A stretch of 64,000 nucleotides of DNA. Source: Octopus sinensis (lineage: Eukaryota). Below are positions 51,400-64,000 of the stretch, in pieces. Where the stretch lies: contig NC_043011.1 of the NCBI RefSeq assembly GCF_006345805.1, positions 25,494,464 through 25,558,463 of the forward strand, written 5' to 3'. Within the stretch, counting starts at the first letter, position 1; each line of letters opens with the position of its first letter. The notes under the pieces were generated by a model. The model ran no database searches, had not been told where the DNA came from, and worked only from the letters and a program-made list of their open reading frames with translations. The translations under genes and the position numbers were made by a program.

Positions 51400-51619
51400 C
51401 CCTTTCGTTACTGTATTTATTTTGAGATGCTCTGTGTTTCTTTCAATTACTTTAAATATAACAAAGAACTTAGTGAAATAACTTAGCTATCATTCAGCTA
51501 GTGTTAGGAACATAAATTGTGACTAAGGTTTGGTGGAAGATTTTAATTGAAAACTTATGAAAACAAGACATTTGTATTTAAAACCAGAGCCAGTTTCAGC
51601 CGGGTTGGTAATGAAAGGG
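51400..51619. mobile_element. piggyBac-type MITE (second family)
   Basis: TTAA|CCCTTTC...GAAAGGG|TTAA. Confidence 0.8.
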
Positions 51620-52307
51620 TTAAAGCATATATTTCTTATTTCATGAAATTATGGTGGTGGTGGTGATGGTGGTAGGGGTTGTTGAGTACACTACTACCAC
51701 CACCACCACCACCACCACCACCACCACCACCACTGGTTTCAAATTTTGGTACAAGGCCAGCAATTTTTAAAGAGAGGTGGGCAAGTTGATTACATCAACT
51801 CCAATGCTCAACTGGTTCTTATTTTATCAATCTCAAAAGGATAAAAGGTGATGTGGACCTCAGTGGAATTTGAACTCCTGGCCAGCCTGGTGAGGGTGCC
51901 AGTATAGTCAGCAAGGACCTGACCATGCAATAGTTTGTACTAGATTCCATATTACCTGCAGCAATCACGAGAGACTTCACAAGTGACCTGACATTGATGG
52001 AAATGATGATGAGGTTCAGAGACTCTTGTCCTGCAAAGCAAAATATCCACAGCATATAACTGTACAGAGAGCTGTCAGTTGTGCAGCAGAACCTAGCACT
52101 TACATATTATAAGAATACAAAATCTCTACTACAGTGATCACTCAGAGTACTTGGCAGGATGGTCCTGCTCATGATATTCAAGCTGCCATTAAGGCTCAAT
52201 AGTTACCAGCAGAGCCGCAAGTGTAAAATATAATTTTGTCTGAGTGCACAGTGTTCTTAGTGGTTAGTGATGGTCTTTCTTAGTCATGAGTGGACAACCA
52301 TCATCAT

Positions 52308-52680
52308 GTATGTATGTATATATGTATGTATGCATGTATGTATGTATGTATGTATGTATGTATGTATGTATGTATGTATGTATGTATGTATGTATGTATG
52401 TATGTATGTATGTATGTATGTATGCATGCATGCATGCATGTATGTATGTATTTATGAATGTATGTATGTATGTATGTATGTATGTATGTATGTATGTATG
52501 TATGTATGTATGTGTACGTATACGTAATATATATGAATGAATGCATGTATGTATGTGAGCATGTATGTATATATGTATGTGTGCATGTATGTATGTAATG
52601 TGTATGTATGCATGTATGTATGTATGTATGTATGTATGTATGTGTGCATGTATATAATATGTATGAATGTATGTATGTAT
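52308..52680. repeat. (TATG)n microsatellite just upstream of exon A3
   Basis: Read directly. Confidence 0.95.
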
Positions 52681-52741
52681 GTAGCACATAGACAGTTGTA
52701 TGCTAACATTTTAAATTGCTTTTTAATGTTTTATGTTTCAG

Positions 52742-52951
52742 ATGAATGCAATCATGTGGTGATTCCAATACCAAAACAATTAAATGGTTCACAACATCAG
52801 ACTTTTGGCAATACAAGTCTTGAAGATAGATGTTACAGCAATGACGATTGTCCTTTCCATGCTGACTGCCAACCTCGAAGTTGCGATCTTTTCATTTGTA
52901 TCTGTTCTGAAGGATATAGACAATCACCTGATAGGTCAAGATGTGTAAAAC
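52742..52951 (+). CDS. EB/EGF-like module protein, exon A3
   Basis: TTTCAG acceptor, 210 nt, ECNHVVIPIP...CYSNDDCPFHADCQPRSCDLFICICSEGYRQSPDRSRCVK, donor C|GTGAGA. Confidence 0.9.
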
Positions 52952-53866
52952 GTGAGAATATTTAAGATTAATTTTACAATTTGATATTAGAATGTTTCAT
53001 ATTGTTTGATGAAATCGAAATTGGAATCAAATTCGATGACTGGCATCCGAGCTAGTGGAGTGCTAAGAGCACCATACATACGTGGTCATTGCCAGAGCAA
53101 CAAGCTGGCCTCCGTGCCGATGGGCACGTAAAAAGCCCCATTCGAGTGTGATGGTTACCTGTGTCACCTTACTGGCACTTGTGCTGGTGGCACATGAAAA
53201 AACATTCGAGCGAGGTCGTTGCCAGTGCCACTGGACTGGTTCATGTGCAGGTGGCACATAAAAATCACCATTTGAGCGTGGCAGCTGCCACTATCACCTG
53301 TCTGGCCCTCGTGCCGGTGGCACATAAAAGCGCCCACTATACTCTCGGAGTGGTTGGCATTAGGAAGGGCATCCAGCTGTAGAAACTCTGCTTGATCAGA
53401 TTGGAGTCTAGTGCAGCCATCTGGTTCACCAGACCTCACTCAAAACGTCCAACCCATGCTAGCATGGAAGGCGGACGTTAAACGATGATGATGATGATGA
53501 TGATGATACCCCGCTATCTCAATAACTTGGTAATATTAATCTTATCTTTTTATCTTTCATTTTTTATTTGTTTTAGTCATTAGACTGTGGCCATGCAGGA
53601 GTACCACCTTGAAGGGTTTTAGTTGAAAAAAATTCACCCCAGTATTTATTTTTAAGTATAATAATCATTCTGTTCTTTCAGTCTCTTTTGCTGAACTGCT
53701 AAGTTACGTGTATGAAAACAATCCCACACCACTTGTTAAGTGGTGGGGGAGGGGGACAAACACAAACACAAAGATGCACACGCTTAGCAGTTCAGTAAAA
53801 GAGATCAGTGGAAAAAGTGCCAGACTTAAAGAAAACAAGTACTGGGACCTATTTGTTTGACTAAAC

Positions 53867-54231
53867 CAGGAGTCTCTCAACCATTTTCTATCTATGGACC
53901 CCTTTGATTACTATTTTATTCTGGTGGATCCCCATTGTCATTCAATGTTTAGAAACTAGTTTCAGAGAAACTTTTTTTCAAAATTCCTATTTTGTTCATC
54001 ACATATTAACTTGTTAAAATTGAACTAAATAAAATGTTAGAGAAAGAAACCTAACAATTCATACATCTAAAGCAAAAGAAACCTAACAATTCATAAAGCA
54101 ACATTTTTGAATATCATCAGGGGCCCTTAAAATACTATTGTGGATCCCCAATTTACTATTCCGTTGCATTGGCCTCCAAAAACCTTATATGGACCCTCAG
54201 GGAACATATGGACCCCAGTTGTGAACTACTA
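53867..54231. mobile_element. hAT-type MITE with 8-bp TSD, inserted in a SINE tail (partial copy at about 40070-40340)
   Basis: GACTAAAC at 53859-53866 and 54232-54239; termini resemble CAGG..TCTCAACC. Confidence 0.75.
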
Positions 54232-54498
54232 GACTAAACCCTTCAAAGTTTTACCCCAGTATGGTTGCTGCCCTATGACAGAAACAACTAAAAAGAAAAT
54301 AATTAAAAAGAAAATAAACAAATTCAAAAACAAAACATGTGCATTCCATTGCCAAAAGTGTACACAAAACATACCCCATCAAAATTACCACCCCCCAAAA
54401 AATAAACAGAAAACAAAATAAACTAAATATATAAAACATATATAGTAAGTATAGGAAACATAATAAAATGTGTTTTATTTATTTCTATGTCTTTTTAG

Positions 54499-54801
54499 TG
54501 TCCAAGCTTGGAGAGTCATGTAATAGTGACCTAAACTGTCCAAATGAATTTGCAGAGTGTACTTCTGGACAGTGTGTGTGCAAAGAGAATTTTTCACCAG
54601 TCTCAGACATGTATTGCAAGTATGCCGGAACTGTTGTTTATGGAGATGCTTGCAATGCCACTAATTCTTGTACTTACCCAGATACTGAATGTAATAATCG
54701 CTCATGTCAGTGCCAAGAAAACTTCCGAGAGAAAACTGCCCAAGAAAGTCGTTCTTTTCCCGAGTTGATGTTTAGTTGCATCAAGAAGAATTTTTCATTA
54801 A
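54499..54801 (+). CDS. EB/EGF-like module protein, exon B3
   Basis: TTTTAG acceptor, 303 nt, SKLGESCNSDLNC...LMFSCIKKNFSL, donor A|GTAAAT. Confidence 0.92.
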
Positions 54802-56045
54802 GTAAATATATCCTTAACAAATTTACAACAACAACAACAAGAATAATAATAATAAAAATAATCAATTCTTTTATTGGTCACAAGGGCTTACATAAAGTTA
54901 CATGAAGAGACAAAGACAGGATGATACAAATGAGTTTTAAAAGCGTGTAAACAAAAAATAACATAGAAAATTTGGTTTTGGTATGGTAGGTATTGTTGCT
55001 GCCATGGTTTATGTTGCTGATGTTGATGGTGCTGTTGTCGGTGTTGGGATGAGAGGCACCCTTTTTTCTTTCAGTTTAGGGAAGAAAGCTTTTAAGTGAG
55101 TGGTTGAAAGGCAAATGTGGCTCTTTGCCTTCATTCTATGCAGATGATGGTGGACTCTCCCATCAAAGACGACACATGAGTGTTCAGCTTTTGCTGAATG
55201 ACCTGCATAAGTGATTTGTTTACATTGATCAAATGTTCATGCTGTACATTAGCTCACTCCCTCCATCAAATCGACATTGCCTGAACAGATGCACTGTGTA
55301 CCCTGAATCAGGTGTTGAGGTGATCGCAGAGCAACATGAGATGAAGCATTTCGTTCAAGAACACAAGGCAGCAAGCTGGTAGAATTGTTAGTGCATGGTA
55401 CAAAATACTTACTGGCACTTCTTTCTGCTTTATGTACTGAGTTCAAATTCCTTCAAGGTCAGTTTTGCTTTTCATCCTTTTGGGGTTGATAAAATAATTA
55501 CTAGTTGAGCACCAAAGGTGATATTATTGACTCATCCCAACCTTCATAATTTCAGAGGAAAGAATTATGAATTATTGACGTAGACATGGTTGTGTTATTA
55601 CGAAGAATTTTTTTTTCTTTTTTGCAATCATGTAGTTTTAAGTTCTTTCCCATTGTGTGGCACCTTGGGCAAGTACTTTCTTTATTAGCCTTAAGTCAAC
55701 CAGTTTCTTGTGAGTGAAATTTGGTAGTTAGAAACTTCTTGAAAAGTCCTCAAATATCAGTCAAATGGTTAACTACCAGATCACTCTTGCATATCTCATT
55801 CTCATTTACAATTTTATCTGATGTTACATGTGTAGTCAACAACTACAATAATTTGACCGCCATATCTCTGAATTATATTCTGTTTCTACATTTTGTATTA
55901 TCAGCAATGTAATTGTTTTGTAACCATGTGGTTTTCACATCAATCCCTCTGCAAAGCACTGTGGACAAGTGCCTTCTACTACAGTTCCACACAGGCCATT
56001 GCCCTGTGAGTTAATTTGGCAGATGGAAACTATAATGAAACCCAT

Positions 56046-56999
<954 letters not shown>

Positions 57000-57325
57000 A
57001 TATAATATAGATAATATATTTATGTATACACACACACATATATATGCATATATGGGTACAGGACATCACCAACAGTAAATGACATGAAATAAGAAAACAA
57101 ATGAGTTAAATATGCAGATAATGAGAGAAATAAAAAGGACAAATAATACATAGAATGACCCTTCATCAGTCATCAGCTGTGTATCTACTCCCCATTTCGA
57201 GCAATCAACAAGTTCAAATAGAAAGGCATGGCTTATGTTGCAGCTGTCTTGATTCTGATTTGGCAGCTACCTTGGTCTTCTTTTTAGGCTCAAAATAGAC
57301 TGTCACATGACACTAATCTACAAGC

Positions 57326-58209
57326 GTAGGGGGAAACGCACAAAAGATTATAAATTTAATTACGTGTTCACTCTCTACAAACACTTTACAGAAAACATTC
57401 AGAGCATTGATTGTTTGGATATGCTCAGTGAACCATATCAGCCTTAACTTACAATGCCAAACATTGTCACTTGAACATAGCAATAAACCTACAAAAATTT
57501 CTAAGACCAGTTATGTGACTATCTTCTAACAATCAAATCCTATTCAAAACATATACTAATTTGAGCCATGAACTCCCTATGAAAATATGGCAAGCTTCAA
57601 ACACTAGTCAGAAGCAAGACAGCTGCAATATAAGCCACATCTTTCTATGTGAGCTTTTTGAAAATCAGTGTTAAACTCTGAAACCGGTTAAAGCTTTAAA
57701 TATATTAATAAAAAATAACTTAACTATTCTCAGTGCATTTTCAACCTGTGTCAAATAAAATAACTTTGTAGGGGGAAACGCACAAAAGATTATAAATTTA
57801 ATTACGTGTTCACTCTCTACAAACACTTTACAGAAAACATTCAGAGCATTGATTGTTTGGATATGCTCAGTGAACCATATCAGCCTTAACTTACAATGCC
57901 AAACATTGTCACTTGAACATAGCAATAAACCTACAAAAATTTCTAAGACCAGTTATGTGACTATCTTCTAACAATCAAATCCTATTCAAAACATATACTA
58001 ATTTGAGCCATGAACTCCCTATGAAAATAGGGCAAGCTTCAAACACTAGTCAGAAGCAAGACAGCTGCAATATAAGCCACATCTTTCTATGTGAGCTTTT
58101 TGAAAATCAGTGTTAAACTCTGAAACCGGTTAAAGCTTTAAATATATTAATAAAAAATAACTTAACTATTCTCAGTGCATTTTCAACCTGTGTCAAATAA
58201 AATAACTTT
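57326..58209 (+). repeat. 442-bp direct tandem duplication
   Basis: 57326-57767 versus 57768-58209; one substitution seen (AAAATATGGC vs AAAATAGGGC). Confidence 0.95.
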
Positions 58210-58214
58210 GTTTT

Positions 58215-58251
<37 letters not shown>

Positions 58252-58252
<1 letters not shown>

Positions 58253-58612
58253 TAGCAGTATTGCCCAGCGTTACTCGGGTTTGTTTTGACCCTTTAGAAT
58301 TGGAATTATTGAAAAGTAAAAATTTTGCATTATGTAGCTTGTTATTTTCTTTAAGTGAACATTTTTCTAGTTGAAATACATCAGAAAATGGCGACACAGC
58401 AGTCAAACAATCGTAAAAAATAGGGATTTTCATAGAAAAAAAGTACCTTTTTGATGTAAATAATTTTTGGTCTTAAAATTTTATTTTCTACGGAAGGAAG
58501 AGCAAGCCTTCTTCTATCATACTCTCAATTTTGGTCAACTTGCGCCGCAGGGTCACGGAGGAGATAGTGTAAGTTGAAGGCTACCAAACCTGCCATACAC
58601 AGACAACTTCAG

Positions 58613-58640
<28 letters not shown>
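58252..58640 (-). mobile_element. Non-autonomous Helitron
   Basis: Minus strand ends CCCGAGTAACGCTGGGCAATACTGCTAG, the same 3' end as 19154-19537; inserted in (TA)n. Confidence 0.7.
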
Positions 58641-58658
<18 letters not shown>

Positions 58659-59035
58659 GCACACATAAATATGTATATATGTGTGTGTGTGTTTTTTAGG
58701 TATGCACGTATGTGAGTGTTTTTGTTTCTTTGTCATGATATCATGTAATTGTACATGAACTTCAGTCATTTCCAATATTCCAGGAAAACTTATCTGGCCA
58801 TGGGGAAGTAATTGCTTTGCTTAGAAGCAGGTAAGGATTGGTGACAGGGTGGGCCACTGGCTATAGAAAACTACTCCAATAAAAACTCTGTTAGACCCAT
58901 GCTTGCATTAAAAAATGAAAGTTAAACTGATGATGATGATAATGATGATGATGATGATGATGATGATATTTCTTATTGAATTTACAGAATCTAGAGGATT
59001 ATAGACAGTTCTCTTGCTCTTTATTATTATGATAG

Positions 59036-59284
59036 ATATGTGCCAAGGAATTCCAGTCACAAACTTGTCTCAGTCACAAACGGAAGAAGTTAGCAGTGTG
59101 GTGTTCAGCAGATTTAAACGTGATGTCCCTACCATCCAACAGAAAGTTAAAATTTATGAAAACTGCAGCGAAGATACAGATTGCCCAGAAGATGCATCAT
59201 GTGTTGCACACAAATGCAATGATTACAGATGTGTGTGTAGTACAGGTTACCAACCATCAACTGATAAGAATACTTGCATACGAG
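59036..59284 (+). CDS. EB/EGF-like module protein, exon A4 (contains RFKR furin-type site)
   Basis: GATAG acceptor, 249 nt, MCQGIPVTN...SRFKRDVP...CSEDTDCPEDASCVAHKCNDYRCVCSTGYQPSTDKNTCIR, donor G|GTTGGT. Confidence 0.88.
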
Positions 59285-59895
59285 GTTGGTTAAATACTTA
59301 AATTAAAGAATTTTTGTCAGTCTAGGGGTGGAATTAAATATGAAGGAATGAAAAAAGTTAAAAAATAAAAATAAAATTAATGACTTGTAAGGATACAGTA
59401 TTTGGTTATGAAACCATTTGGTTATGTATTTGGTTATGCAACGATGATATTTTACAAAGTATATTAAATGCTTTTATAAGTCAATACAGTGTTCTACTGT
59501 GTTAGCAGTGCTATTACATCACTTCTTAAGGTTATCTCTACAGATTTTCTTTAGAAATTATATCCAGCACTGGTTTTGTTATGTTGTTTCATAAGGTTAA
59601 CTGGTAAAAATGAAATAGGATATTGTTCCTTTAAAGAAAGGTAAGTCTGAAGAAGAAATAATATCTATTAAAAAAAAAAGAAGAATTGGTTCCATTTGTA
59701 TGCCACTGTCGATTTATGACTTAATATTAAGGTGGAAGAAAATGATTAAGGGAAGCTGCTTAGATACTGACTGTTTGGCACCACTGAGTAGACATTTAGC
59801 CTATTTTGGCGATAGTACATTTTGAGCCTGGAGGTGGAAAATACATACACATGTATGAGGGTGCAGGAATGTACACATACAGATAAAAAGAGAGA

Positions 59896-59958
<63 letters not shown>

Positions 59959-60150
59959 TGAAACATCTGAGGTCAAATAAATTAGCATTGAATAATCAGT
60001 GGTACCAAACAAGTGGATTGAAAACAGTTGTGCCAAAGCGTCTCATCTCCTATTAAGAATAGTTAAACATGGTCAACTTGGAACATTTACTCATGAACAA
60101 AAACTGTAATAATCGTTTGAATTTCTTGTATTATCTAATACTTTTTTCAG

Positions 60151-60450
60151 TGGCCCAAATCGGTCAGCCATGTAATAGGACTGTGAAGTGTGATCCATCT
60201 ATAGCCGAATGTAGACCAAGTGGAAAGTGTGACTGCAAATTTCCTCTATTGCTTCAGAATAACTACTGCGCTCTTCCAAATAAGTTACTCTTAGGAGAAA
60301 ACTGCACCTATTCTAACCAATGTGATGTAAGTCACAGACTTTATTGCTTTGAGAGTTCCTGCCAGTGCTTGCCTGGATTAATCTCAGCACCTGAGATAGA
60401 GAAAGATTTTGTCTTCAACCATATGTGCCTTCCACAAAATAATTCTTTTG
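60151..60450 (+). CDS. EB/EGF-like module protein, exon B4
   Basis: TTTCAG acceptor, 300 nt, AQIGQPCNRTVKC...NHMCLPQNNSF, donor G|GTAAGT. Confidence 0.92.
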
Positions 60451-61782
60451 GTAAGTAAATGATAAGTCCTCCCATCAACCAATAAAATGTTTTAAACAGT
60501 TTTAATTGCATTTAATCTCATTTGTTGGTATTTTCTTTTTTTTTAAGAATAACAATAGCCTGGGCAAAGTTCAGAGAGCTCCTACCTCTGCTGGTGACAA
60601 AGTTGTATCCAGCCCAAATATTATATCTGTTTTATGCACAGATTGGCCATATTCAGTCTCTCATACCTACCCTACAATTCTAAAAATAAGCTATCACATC
60701 ATCGAAATTCCAAAACAAAAATATAATGCATGAATATTTCAAATAATGGGTTCATATTTTGGCATAAGGCCAGCAATTTCAGGGAGGGATCAATTTGATT
60801 ACATCAACCCCAGTACTCATCTGGTACTAATTTTATCAACTTCAAAAGGATGAAAGGCAAAGGTGGAATTTGAATCTGAACATAAAGATGGATGAGACGT
60901 TGTCAAGCATTTTGCCTGGCGTGATAACGATTTTGCCAGCTCACCACCTTTTGAGTAATTCAAAATAATGTGAATAAATAAGCATTACATTTGGTAAGGT
61001 AATATGAATGCTAAAGGGTTAATGTATGACAGGTGCAGGTGTGGCTGTGTAGGTTAGAAGTTTGCTTCCCAACTACATGATTTTGGGTTCAAACCTACTG
61101 TGTTGCATCTTGGGCAAGTGTCTTTTACTTATAATCCCAGGCCAGCCACTATCTTTTGACTAGATTTGGTCACTAGAAAGAGTGAGAGGCGAGCTGGCAG
61201 AAATGTTAGCACACTAGGCGAAATGCTTAGCAGTATTTTGTCTGCCATTACGTTCTGAGTTCAAATTCCGCCAAGGTCGACTTTGCCTTTCATCCTTTCG
61301 AGGTCGATAAATTAAGTACCAGTTACGCACTGTGGTCGATATAATCGACTTAATCCCTTTGTCTGTCCTTGTTTGTCCTCTCTATGTTTAGCCTCTTGTG
61401 GGCAATAAAGAAATAAGATAGAGTGAGAGGCTTTGGCTGACCCGACCCAGGACAATAGTAGAAGACACTTGCTTAAGGTGCCATACAATGGGATAGAACT
61501 TGAGATCACATTGTTGGGAAGCAAGCTTCTTAACCACACACCAAGGACTACTATAATGGACATTTGATGTTCAGGACATATGTTGGCCCACAATTCATTG
61601 AAAAAAAAAAAAACCCAGAAAAGAAGTTCTTGTAGAATAGTTTTGGAAGAAAACAAACAAGAACAAGACAGAAGTTTCTAGTTTATAAATTTTGTTTATA
61701 CAATTATTTTGTGTTTATTTGTTGCTTTCTTCAAGATTTTCCTTTACAAATAATCATGGACTGTTTATTTTATTCCTTTCAG

Positions 61783-62064
61783 ACCCATGCAGCAATGCTT
61801 CCTCAACAGAAGAACTGTTTGAGCCAACAAGAATTACATATTCAAAGTCAAATTATAGTGAATTAACAGGCTGGCGTAATGCCTCAAAGTTAAATTATAC
61901 TGAATTCTCACATTGGGTTAATACCTCAAAATTAAATAATAACAATGATAATGATGATAGTAATGATGATGATAATAACAATAATGATGATGATAATGGT
62001 GATGATGATGATAACGATGATGATAATAATAATAATGATAGCATTAATAACAGCACAAATAAAG
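61783..62064 (+). CDS. EB/EGF-like module protein, exon C (orphan Cys, N-glycosylation-rich and Asn/Asp low-complexity spacer)
   Basis: TTTCAG acceptor, 282 nt open frame PCSNASSTEELFEP...NNSTNK, donor G|GTAAGT; phase 1-1. Confidence 0.8.
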
Positions 62065-62880
62065 GTAAGTCATAAATGAAATTTAGTTTTAGGAAAATGA
62101 AAATTTCACATTTGAAAATGAGAATGAGTTATGTTTGGTAGTTTGTGTTATGAAATGGCATACTATGAAAAATATAATATTCATGTAATTGCTCTCAATG
62201 ACAACTAAAATCTATGGAAGTAAAATCTAATTCAGTAACTAACAAGTGTTAGTTACTGAATTAAAAAAAAATGGAAGTTGAAAATAAAAGCAGCTTTCCT
62301 ATTGCAAGGCCAAAAAATATTTTGATGGAAAATAGTTGTGGTCCTTGGTCCATAGGCAGGCTATTGATGTGCCTCTCCCAGGACTAGTTAGTTTTTAAAT
62401 GTTTCTGTAACTTTGATTTTCTTCTAAGTAGGGATGTTGGCTCTATGCAAACCCATTTTACCCCTGGGAAGAAGTGATCCATATTAGTTTGGCCTTTATC
62501 CTTTGATCTGACCTGCATGGGAGGCCCTACCTGGAACTGTAATTCAGAGTCACTGAGGTGCCCAGGCTACCATATTGCAACAAGAGCTTGACCTTCCATT
62601 TGACTGGTTTCTTTACAATTCCCCTCTATCTGAATTTACCTGCAATACCTTGGTTAACTGGATCTCAGATGTTTTAGATATATGTCCATTAAGCGTAACA
62701 TTAGGTTTTCTATAAGTCAGGACTGATATAAAGTTCACAAAAACATTGTATTATACAAAATCTGTTGGAAGACTTGTTTGTGTATCATTTATGTGTAATT
62801 TTTGTATATATTAATATTTGAAATATTTCATATTAATAATTGAATGAATTTAATAATATTGTATTATTTTATATTCATAG

Positions 62881-63093
62881 AATCTTCAATACAAATTGAA
62901 AGTTTACTGGAATATGATGAAAATATCACTATGGAAATAGCAGATATACAAGTATCAACACAAAATATTGGATCAAACTGCACAACAGACATTCATTGTT
63001 CCAGCAACAGTGTTTGTACTCAGAATTCTTGTGGCATATACTTGTGTACATGTCGTAAAGGTTTCTTTGAGATAGAAGGGCTTTGTAGAAAAG
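62881..63093 (+). CDS. EB/EGF-like module protein, exon A5 (gene continues beyond window)
   Basis: CATAG acceptor, 213 nt, SSIQIESLL...CTTDIHCSSNSVCTQNSCGIYLCTCRKGFFEIEGLCRK, donor G|GTATGT; no stop codon. Confidence 0.9.
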
Positions 63094-64000
63094 GTATGTA
63101 CATTAAGATATACATCTATCCTTGTTTATCATAGATGTTTGATTTAAAAGAAAACTGTGTTAAATGAATCAATGACAAATGAATAATAAAACAAATGAGA
63201 AAATTAGGTTTTGCTCCAAGATCCCAAGTTGCCCTAAGCTTGATGGATGGTCAGCAGGGTGTGCTTTTGTGGTTGAAGCAGAAATTTTGACTGGTTATTG
63301 ATCTGTGCTATCATGGTTCAATTTGTGACAAGCTTAATGCAGTTCACAATGAGTATGTCATGTTATCCCAGATCAGTGATGACTGAATTAATGTTAAACA
63401 AGGTTAGATTTATATCACTAAAAGATGAAATAATGAAACTATAGAAAATATATTTCATTTTTATTTCATCTAGTTTCAGCTCATGAGCTGTGGCCATGCT
63501 GGGGCACCGCCATTTAAATATGTGGCGGTTGTCCTGTAACATATCAGGATATTGGGCTGCAAGTGAAGGTTTGTTGTTGCTCTTTAGTTCTAGGTAATTT
63601 TTGATTGAGCAGAGCTATGATCAAATGCATTCAAATCATGACCACTCTATATTTTCTATTCAGCTATAGAGTATCTAAGGCTACACTCACTATACAAAGT
63701 GGTTGACTGGCAGAGCCATTAGAATGTTGGACAGAAAGTATTGTGACATTTATTCTGGCTCTCTGCCTTCTGAGTCCAAATTCTGCTGAGATCAAATGTG
63801 TTTTTCATCCTTTCAGGGTCAATATATAACATACTAGTCTAGTGCTGATGCAGTCCTTTCTCCTAGTTATCACATCCTGAATGTTCTGCACAATCAAAAG
63901 TGGGAGAGTTGTGATGGATTTTTGGATACTTGTAACATATATAGGTACCTAAAGCCTTTAGCAAAACATGGTACATGCCGATACCAAATCACCTATGATT

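Overview
AT-rich, microsatellite-dense animal genomic DNA. The repeat content (tRNA-derived SINEs, RTE 3' ends with (GAT)n tails, (TA)n/(TATG)n arrays) is most consistent with an Octopus genome; this is inference from composition and repeat types. Two protein-coding genes are supported. The first is coding exon 1 of cytosolic aspartate aminotransferase GOT1 on the minus strand (4405-4516), whose later exons were not found and probably lie left of the window. The second is a large plus-strand gene for a secreted or cell-surface cysteine-rich EB/EGF-like module protein, with 12 coding exons traced from 21870 to 63093 (about 890 aa, continuing off the right end). It is built from tandem phase-1 symmetric exon pairs (A = linker + 7-Cys domain, B = two 6-Cys EB modules). 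Also present: a tRNA-His(GUG) carried with a retroposon tail inside a SINE; three different minimal type-I hammerhead ribozyme motifs (four copies) of the Penelope-like kind; decayed Penelope, R4/Dong, RTE, mariner, Chapaev-like, Helitron, piggyBac/hAT MITE and solo-LTR insertions; and several near-perfect fold-backs and duplications that may be real or assembly artefacts. Most ORFs in the supplied track are microsatellite translations.
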